This document shows positions 55,484-61,654 of a stretch of DNA of 61,654 bases, in pieces. Source of the stretch: an uncultured Chloroflexia bacterium (GTDB lineage: Bacteria > Chloroflexota > Anaerolineae > B4-G1 > SLSP01); the NCBI GenBank assembly GCA_963751345.1, contig CAVVUS010000041.1, positions 1 through 61,654 on the forward strand, read 5' to 3'. Within the stretch, counting starts at the first letter, position 1. Every line of letters starts with the position of its first letter. The notes under the pieces are model-generated. The model saw nothing but the letters and a program-made list of their open reading frames with translations, made no database searches and was not told the origin of the DNA. The translations under genes and the position numbers were made by a program.

Positions 55484-56386
55484 TCAGAACTCGGCTCTTG
55501 CCCGCATGATCATCGCCAGCGTACCCACCAGCGGCAGCACAAGGAGGGCGGCCAGGTGCCAGCCCATAAGGGGGAAGCCGTCGAGGATGGCGACCTCGGC
55601 AGGAGGAAAGGCCATGACGCCCAGCAGCGCCATCCAGCTCGTCCGGACCAGCGTGGCTACCCACAGCACGCCCATCGCAGCAAAATAGGCCAGCCCGCCC
55701 CACCACGCCCAGCGACGGTGCGTCAAAGTGCCCCAGAGCAGCGACAACAGCACCACCATCGATGCATCGATCAGGGCGAGAGCAGGCAGCCCTCTCGCCC
55801 AGGTCGTGAGCAGCGGGAAGAGCCCACCGAAGAAGACAAGTACCTGGAGCGCCAGGACAAAGAAGGCCTCGAGTATCGCCACCGTGAGGATCGGCGTGCC
55901 GAGACGTTCAACCCAATGCGGGGAGGGCTGTTCACGCTCAAACCTCGTGCGCACGATAGGGCTACGATAGACCCGGGTCACCAAGCCCGGCAGAGCGACG
56001 TAAGAGAGCACCGCCAGAACCAAGGCGATGGCAGCCGCGGCGACGCCGAGATCCTTGGCCGAGAATAGCACGAAGAGGAAAATGAGCAGCAGGGGAATCC
56101 CCAGGACCCACCAGGCCCGCACCAACGCCAGCGCTACAGGCCGCGCCCATCGCCGCAGCCTGAGATGTCCCCACCCCACCGGTATGGCCACCAGCGCGAT
56201 AGCGTAGTAGCCTAGGATCTGCATCGCTAGGTTACCGAACATGAACGAACCAAAGCCAAAGCCCTCGTAGCCGAAGCGCCCGCCCTCCGAGAACCACGAG
56301 AAGCAGATCATCTCCAGCGGCGCGAGCACCAACGATCCGACACCCACAACGAACATGAGCAGGCCGGCAGCTCGAACGACCCACAC
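55484..56386 (-). CDS. Hypothetical integral membrane protein
   Basis: About 8 hydrophobic segments; start may lie further upstream (~56456). Confidence 0.6.
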   Translation of the reverse strand: MWVVRAAGLLMFVVGVGSLVLAPLEMICFSWFSEGGRFGYEGFGFGSFMFGNLAMQILGYYAIALVAIPVGWGHLRLRRWARPVALALVRAWWVLGIPLLLIFLFVLFSAKDLGVAAAAIALVLAVLSYVALPGLVTRVYRSPIVRTRFEREQPSPHWVERLGTPILTVAILEAFFVLALQVLVFFGGLFPLLTTWARGLPALALIDASMVVLLSLLWGTLTHRRWAWWGGLAYFAAMGVLWVATLVRTSWMALLGVMAFPPAEVAILDGFPLMGWHLAALLVLPLVGTLAMIMRARAEF

Positions 56387-56513
56387 GACCTTCCAGCCAT
56401 CGATTCGATTCCACCTGAGGCTCCCTCACCTCCGCGTCGACTGCCCTTCCACCCATGATAGGGGATGGAGACTCAGGTGTCACCTGTGATGATCACCAGG
56501 AATCGTGAGTCTC

Positions 56514-57392
56514 CTAGATGAATGAGGCCATCCCCGCCCGGAACGCCGCCTCGTCATCGTTCTCAATGCCGAACAGCGCCTCCTCCAGCGCGAAGGTCCG
56601 CTGATAGAACTCGACTCGCTCCATGAACTCCTCAATCTCCGGATAGGCTGCTGCGCAGCGGATCACAAAATCCTCGCCATAGCTGGCCAGCAAGCCGGCC
56701 ACGTCATAAGCAGGGTCGCCCACCTCCGTGGAGCCGAAGTCGACAATCCCGGTCAGTTCATACGACCGCGGTTCGTAGAGGATGTTACTGGAGCCGAAGT
56801 CGCCATGGCGTAGAACCGGCCGGAAGTCGAAGTGGCTCTGGTCCGAAAGGTAGGCCGTGAAAAGTCCCTCGATACGGGTTCGCACCCGAGGCCGCATCCA
56901 CTCAAATAGCTCCTGGCGGACACGGCGGTAGAACGTGCGGAAGGAGTGGAGCGTGTCGGCGTTCTCAAGCTTGCAGTCGATCGCATCGGCGTAGTCGATG
57001 CTGTGAAGCTCCCGCAGGAATCCGCCTAGCGTATGCGCTAAGCGTGTCACCGTGGCCTGATCCTCGATCTCCAGCAAGGTGTCGGGCCAGAGAGGCCGCC
57101 CCGGCAGCATCCTGTAACCCAAGAAAGCATCGCCCGGTGGCTGATCGGAGAGATGGACATAGCTGGGCTCCGGGATGGGCAGAGGGAGCCGTCCCACAAG
57201 ACCACGCAGGACCGCTGCCTCCGTCTGGAGCCGGCTGACGCCATCTTCGTATCTCGGGAAGCGAAAGACCAACGCCTCGTTGACGACCAGGACATCGGCG
57301 TTCTGCCCCTCACGATTGAGAGACGCCGACCGCACCTCCAGCTCAGGGTATGCCGCCCGGATCGTCTCTACGTAATCGTCACGCGCGGCCAT
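56514..57392 (-). CDS. Aminoglycoside phosphotransferase (APH) family kinase
   Basis: VFRFP, RHGDFGSSNIL, GIVDFG, GDPAYD. Confidence 0.85.
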   Translation of the reverse strand: MAARDDYVETIRAAYPELEVRSASLNREGQNADVLVVNEALVFRFPRYEDGVSRLQTEAAVLRGLVGRLPLPIPEPSYVHLSDQPPGDAFLGYRMLPGRPLWPDTLLEIEDQATVTRLAHTLGGFLRELHSIDYADAIDCKLENADTLHSFRTFYRRVRQELFEWMRPRVRTRIEGLFTAYLSDQSHFDFRPVLRHGDFGSSNILYEPRSYELTGIVDFGSTEVGDPAYDVAGLLASYGEDFVIRCAAAYPEIEEFMERVEFYQRTFALEEALFGIENDDEAAFRAGMASFI

Positions 57393-57402
57393 CCAGGACT
57401 CC

Positions 57403-58887
57403 CTACCATGGATTCGAGGCCGCCATCTGCCACGCGTCGACGACGTCAAAGACGGCCTCCCCGCCCCAACTACCCAACCGCACCCCGACACTATCGGCGC
57501 GGGTTGGGTAGATGCGGCGCATGACGGCCTGTCGATCATTGGCGAAGACCTCCACCACCGACCGGTCGACGAAAACACGCAATCGTAGAGGCTCCCCGGC
57601 GCGAAGCTCGAAGGGCGCCGCCTCCACAGATTTTGGGCCCTCGCCCAGGCTGCTGCGCGTGGTGTCGACCCGGATCTGCCTCTCGACCGCATCATAGACC
57701 ACGAGGGTCTGCTCTTCGCCACCGGGCGAAGAGCAGACTTTGACACCCACCCGCGCCGCGTCACCCACCCTGACGGTCAGCGAGAGCTCCAAGCTGTTGC
57801 CGGTCACCGCCTCCAGCGTCACCGTCTCCCCGTCACCGACCACAAGTGCCTCGGCCCGATGGTGATCGAACCGCAGGACCTCCAGCTCCTCCGGCGGCGC
57901 CATGCGCAGCGTCCCGTCGTCGCCCAGCCAGAGCACACGCGGCAGGCTCATGGTCCCCGACCAGCCGCTGGCCTCCCGGGTGGCGGGCTCGCGCCCATCG
58001 AAGATCCACGCCCACATGATGCGCCGGCCCTTGTCGTCCACCAGGCTCTCCGGAGCGAAGAAAGCGTTGTCGACCCACGTCATTCGACCGTGGGTCTCCG
58101 GGTAAAAGTGGTCGTCTTCGTAGCGGCCGAGGTAGTACTGGCAACCGAGATTGTGGCTGATGAAGAGCAGCATGTGCCGGTCGCCAAGCGGGAAGAAGTC
58201 CGGGCACATGTCATCCTCGTCCTCACGGGTCCACTCCCGATTCGAAGTATAGAACGGGTGTAGATACGTCCAGTGGGCCAGATCATCGGAGACGAAGAGA
58301 TAGGTCGTGTCGCCCTTGTATTCGTCGAGGTCACGCTCCAGCCCATAGGCGCGGAGCACCAGTAGGTTGCCCGTGAGCAAATAGTAGCGGCCCTCGTGGG
58401 TCCAGATTGCGGATGGATCCGCCGCACCGTAGACCTGGCCACCATCGCCCTCGAAGATGCCCGGCGAGGTCTGGCGAATCGCCGGGTTGTGGGGGCTCTT
58501 GGTCCACGTATCGAGATCGGGGTCGGTGCTGGTGGCGAGGCAGATTCCGGCGCCCTCTCCAAGTCCCCAATACGTGATCGTGGGCACACCCTCCTTGTCG
58601 ATAAACGCGCCGCCACTGAAGATGCCCTCGTCGACCCCACCGGGTTCCAGCGAGAGCCGGTGATGGCGCCAGTGTACGAGATCGTGGCTGGAGATGTGCG
58701 CCCAGCAGTGACCTTTCTCGGTCTGTACGATGTAGTGAAGGTGGTAACGCCCGTTCCAGAAGAGCGCGCCGTTCGGGTCGAACGGCGCGCAGACACCCTC
58801 AGGGGTCACGATGTGATAGCCCGGGCGGTAAGGGTCGGCGACGAGCTTCTCCCTCAATGCACGGGCGTTGCGAATCCACGTTTCCAT
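57403..58887 (-). CDS. GH32-family protein
   Basis: RPGYH, DPNG, DLVHW, FSG, CPDFF, SLPR, DRSVVEVFAN. Confidence 0.88.
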   Translation of the reverse strand: METWIRNARALREKLVADPYRPGYHIVTPEGVCAPFDPNGALFWNGRYHLHYIVQTEKGHCWAHISSHDLVHWRHHRLSLEPGGVDEGIFSGGAFIDKEGVPTITYWGLGEGAGICLATSTDPDLDTWTKSPHNPAIRQTSPGIFEGDGGQVYGAADPSAIWTHEGRYYLLTGNLLVLRAYGLERDLDEYKGDTTYLFVSDDLAHWTYLHPFYTSNREWTREDEDDMCPDFFPLGDRHMLLFISHNLGCQYYLGRYEDDHFYPETHGRMTWVDNAFFAPESLVDDKGRRIMWAWIFDGREPATREASGWSGTMSLPRVLWLGDDGTLRMAPPEELEVLRFDHHRAEALVVGDGETVTLEAVTGNSLELSLTVRVGDAARVGVKVCSSPGGEEQTLVVYDAVERQIRVDTTRSSLGEGPKSVEAAPFELRAGEPLRLRVFVDRSVVEVFANDRQAVMRRIYPTRADSVGVRLGSWGGEAVFDVVDAWQMAASNPW

Positions 58888-58904
58888 CAAGACGTCCCCT
58901 TACG

Positions 58905-60953
58905 TCAGTACTCGTACACCACCGCGCAGTGCATACGGAACTTCGGCACGACCACCTTGACAACCGCACCCTCCTGCACCAAGGGCAGCGCCGTGCCGTC
59001 CGGGATCAGCGTCACCTTCGTGATCGTCTCAGCCACACGCAGTTCGACCGGAATGTCGTGCAGCGTCACCAGATCCTCGATCAGCTCTAGACCGCCACGA
59101 TAGTGCGGTGTCGCATACAGAAGATGAGCGACGTAACGTCGCTCGTCCGGCTGATGCAGGAGGCTGACGCGACCGGAACTGGGCAGGTCCACCCGCAGCA
59201 TCGGATCCGTGTACACGCGCTTCAGCGCTCGCTCGAAGAGATCGCGATGCGGGCGGGCAGCGCGATGGTCGTACATCCTGTCCAGCGGGTTCGCTGAGAA
59301 CACGACATTGCCCTTTTGCATAAGAGCCGGATGTGAGGCCCTCTCGATCCGATAGGGCGTGTTCCGATGTGAGCTGTAGTGGGCATAGGTGCGGCTGAAG
59401 TACGGCTCATGGAGATGCGCCAGGATCTGCGTGCCTTGGCGTGGACTGGTTCGCAGGGCCGGACTGTAATTGAGGACCGGCGACTCGATCAGACCAGTCC
59501 CCAAGCTTGGGTCGGCCACCGTGTAGTCGACGTCGTACAGTGGCTGGCCCTCGAAGTCGGCACCAACGTCGAAGAGGAAGCCCGTCATCTGCTCGTCCAT
59601 CGCGCCTGTGGATAACACGAAGACAGAGCCGCCACCGTCAAGAAACTGCTGGATCGCATCGACCTGCGCGTCGTTCAGGCAAGGCTGGCTGGGGATGATA
59701 ACCGTCTGGAGCTGCTGGAGGTTGCTTTCGTTGGCCACGACAAAATCCATCTGGCGCTCGAGCAGCATCTTACAGACCCCCATATCGGCCTCGAGATCGC
59801 CGGAGAACCACAGACCCAGGTTGGAGACAGGCGTGCCGCCGGGGCCGTATGCCTCGATCTGCTCCACATACTCAAACGCCTCACCGATGCCCTTGTAGGT
59901 CTCCATGTCCATCAACCCGGAGGGGTGCAGTTGATCGCCGAAGTTGCACGCCGAGCCGAAGGCGATCATTGACGCTGCCTCGTATCGCATAGCATCAGGA
60001 TGCTTGAAGCCGCCGAACTCGCCCCAGGACGTGTGGAACTTGCCACTCATCGCGCAGATCTGGTATCCCTCACCCAGGTAGTACTTCGCTCGGAGGGGGA
60101 ACTTGTCATAGCCTCCCCATCCCGTAGGCAGATCCTCAAGATCCTGGTGTGTGTTAAGCTCGTGCAGGGCGTACCTCTGGTTACCGCGGCCAAACGCCGT
60201 GGTCCCGTTGAAGAACACGGTGGCGCGCGGATGATAGGCAGCGATAGCCTCGCGCATATCCAGCATGTGCGCCTTGTAGATGCCGGCGAAGTGGGCGACT
60301 ACGGCCTCGTTGTCATCCATATCAACGCCCTTCGCTGCCATGCTGGCACGACACCGCTCACACCAGCAGCCGTGTTGCACCTGGAAAATATCGAACCAGA
60401 AGCCGTCTACCGCGTACCGCTGACAGATCTCGGTAACCTGCGCCTTCATATGCTCGTGGTAGGGGCCACTCGGGCAAAGCAGCTTCCAGTTGCCGATGGG
60501 GTACGGGTCCGTCGGTGCAGCCGCCGGGTTGCCCCTCCAGATATACGATCCGTCCTTGTGACGCGCGCACCACTCAGGATGTGTCTCAGCGTCGTTGACC
60601 GACCAGCCCACGGTGTAGTAGATCGGGCACTCGACACCGATCTCGTGGGACGCTTCGATCTGCGCGCCCAACAGGTCGAAGTCCAGATGCGGATGGATGT
60701 GCCCGACCTCCGTCGGATAGTAGCTCCACCCGTGATGCCCCTTGGCGAAGATGTTGATGCTATTCAAGCGCCCAGCCTGCAGCGCCGCCTGCCACTGGGC
60801 TTTGGAGAACTGCTTGCCGATCTCGGGGATGTACTCGGAAGTGTGAAAATCCAGATGCACTTGGCGTGTGGGCAACGGGCGCGACGCTCGGGGCATCAGT
60901 CCATACGGGTCGGATGCCGCAGAAAACGAGTCAGGAACAATGGATTCCGTCAT
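58905..60953 (-). CDS. GH151-like/GHL6 glycoside hydrolase with trimerisation domain (possible alpha-L-fucosidase)
   Basis: RQVHLDFHTS, FAKGHHGWSYYP, DGFWFDI, EDLPTGWGGY, GKFHTSWGEFGG. Confidence 0.75.
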   Translation of the reverse strand: MTESIVPDSFSAASDPYGLMPRASRPLPTRQVHLDFHTSEYIPEIGKQFSKAQWQAALQAGRLNSINIFAKGHHGWSYYPTEVGHIHPHLDFDLLGAQIEASHEIGVECPIYYTVGWSVNDAETHPEWCARHKDGSYIWRGNPAAAPTDPYPIGNWKLLCPSGPYHEHMKAQVTEICQRYAVDGFWFDIFQVQHGCWCERCRASMAAKGVDMDDNEAVVAHFAGIYKAHMLDMREAIAAYHPRATVFFNGTTAFGRGNQRYALHELNTHQDLEDLPTGWGGYDKFPLRAKYYLGEGYQICAMSGKFHTSWGEFGGFKHPDAMRYEAASMIAFGSACNFGDQLHPSGLMDMETYKGIGEAFEYVEQIEAYGPGGTPVSNLGLWFSGDLEADMGVCKMLLERQMDFVVANESNLQQLQTVIIPSQPCLNDAQVDAIQQFLDGGGSVFVLSTGAMDEQMTGFLFDVGADFEGQPLYDVDYTVADPSLGTGLIESPVLNYSPALRTSPRQGTQILAHLHEPYFSRTYAHYSSHRNTPYRIERASHPALMQKGNVVFSANPLDRMYDHRAARPHRDLFERALKRVYTDPMLRVDLPSSGRVSLLHQPDERRYVAHLLYATPHYRGGLELIEDLVTLHDIPVELRVAETITKVTLIPDGTALPLVQEGAVVKVVVPKFRMHCAVVYEY

Positions 60954-61219
60954 GCGCTTTACTCCTTCGTAGGCTTCAGGTGGACATCTCCAGCCAGTAT
61001 ACGCACCTTCTACGTTGCCGCCAACGAGGCGCTGCAGCGATGAGAAATCAGCGCGCGAACAGAAGACAAGTCGGAGCCCGGTGGCCAACGACGACAGGAT
61101 CCTGGTCGCCGGGGACTACGGTGATACCTATGCCGACTTCGCGCGGAACCGCCTGAAAGGCGCGAGCAGCACGCTTCTGCGAAACCTATCGCCAGGCGGA
61201 CGCCGAGGCCCGAGACTCA

Positions 61220-61654
61220 TCACGCCAGAAAGATCTCCGGTTCCTTGCGGACGCCGTAGTCGGCCGCCAGCCACCGCGCCGTGCGCAGGATGCCCTCGTC
61301 CTCCATCACCCGCGCTCCATTGGGGCAGTCCTTTACACACGCGCAGCAGAGGGTGCACGCTCGGCGATCTGTGACAACCGTGTCGCCCACCGTGATGGCG
61401 CCAACGGGACAGACATCGGTGCAGATGCCGCAGCGCGTACAGAGATCTGCCAGCGTCGTGGGAGCTACGTCGCTCTGCTGATGTCCAACGCGATAGGGGC
61501 GATGGCCGGGCACGGCAAGGGGTGGCAGCGACTCGTGGGACCCGAGACCACGGAGTTTTGAACCAATGGTCTGCCCGAAGGCAGTGGCTCGCGCCAGGTC
61601 TTTGGCATCGGGACGCCCCAGCGCAATCGGAATGGCGTCTGTGGCGTACGAATG
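61220..61654 (-). CDS. Flavodoxin-ferredoxin (EFR1-like) protein, partial; N-terminus beyond window
   Basis: GRPDAKD, CTRCGICTDVCP, CTLCCACVKDCP, RKEPE. Confidence 0.8.
   Translation of the reverse strand, partial: HSYATDAIPIALGRPDAKDLARATAFGQTIGSKLRGLGSHESLPPLAVPGHRPYRVGHQQSDVAPTTLADLCTRCGICTDVCPVGAITVGDTVVTDRRACTLCCACVKDCPNGARVMEDEGILRTARWLAADYGVRKEPEIFLA

Noticed and set aside
56467-56514. Integron attC-like hairpin after the APH gene (GGAGACTCA...TGAGTCTCC)
   Set aside because: No RYYYAAC/GTTRRRY ends and no integrase; more likely a simple hairpin
61015-61374. Possible small gene between GH151-like and ferredoxin genes
   Set aside because: No RBS or recognisable motif, and it overlaps the ferredoxin gene antisense

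Overview
High-GC bacterial chromosomal window; gene content and repeats suggest Chloroflexota/Anaerolineae (inference). Many genes are split by frameshifts, mostly +1, which points to long-read insertion errors rather than pseudogenes, so split genes are annotated as single loci. Most of the window (about 0.5-33 kb and 53-61 kb) is sugar and sugar-acid catabolism (GH2, GH31, GH32, GH151-like, three enolase-superfamily enzymes, aldolases, kinases), plus amt-glnK, an AOR, two MNT-HEPN toxin-antitoxin pairs and short REP-like repeats. The standout is a 35.3-53.1 kb multiheme cytochrome locus. A variant Ccm operon (Cys-type CcmE, CcmF-thioredoxin fusion, no CcmH) and a PadR fusion regulator are transcribed divergently from a decaheme lipoprotein and an apparent ~1440-aa, 24-heme protein. 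That protein joins two octaheme OTR-like domains to a NapC/NirT-like quinol dehydrogenase, and a sensor kinase/receiver pair follows it. No rRNA, tRNA, CRISPR array or transposase was recognised. Family assignments come from motif recognition, not database searches.
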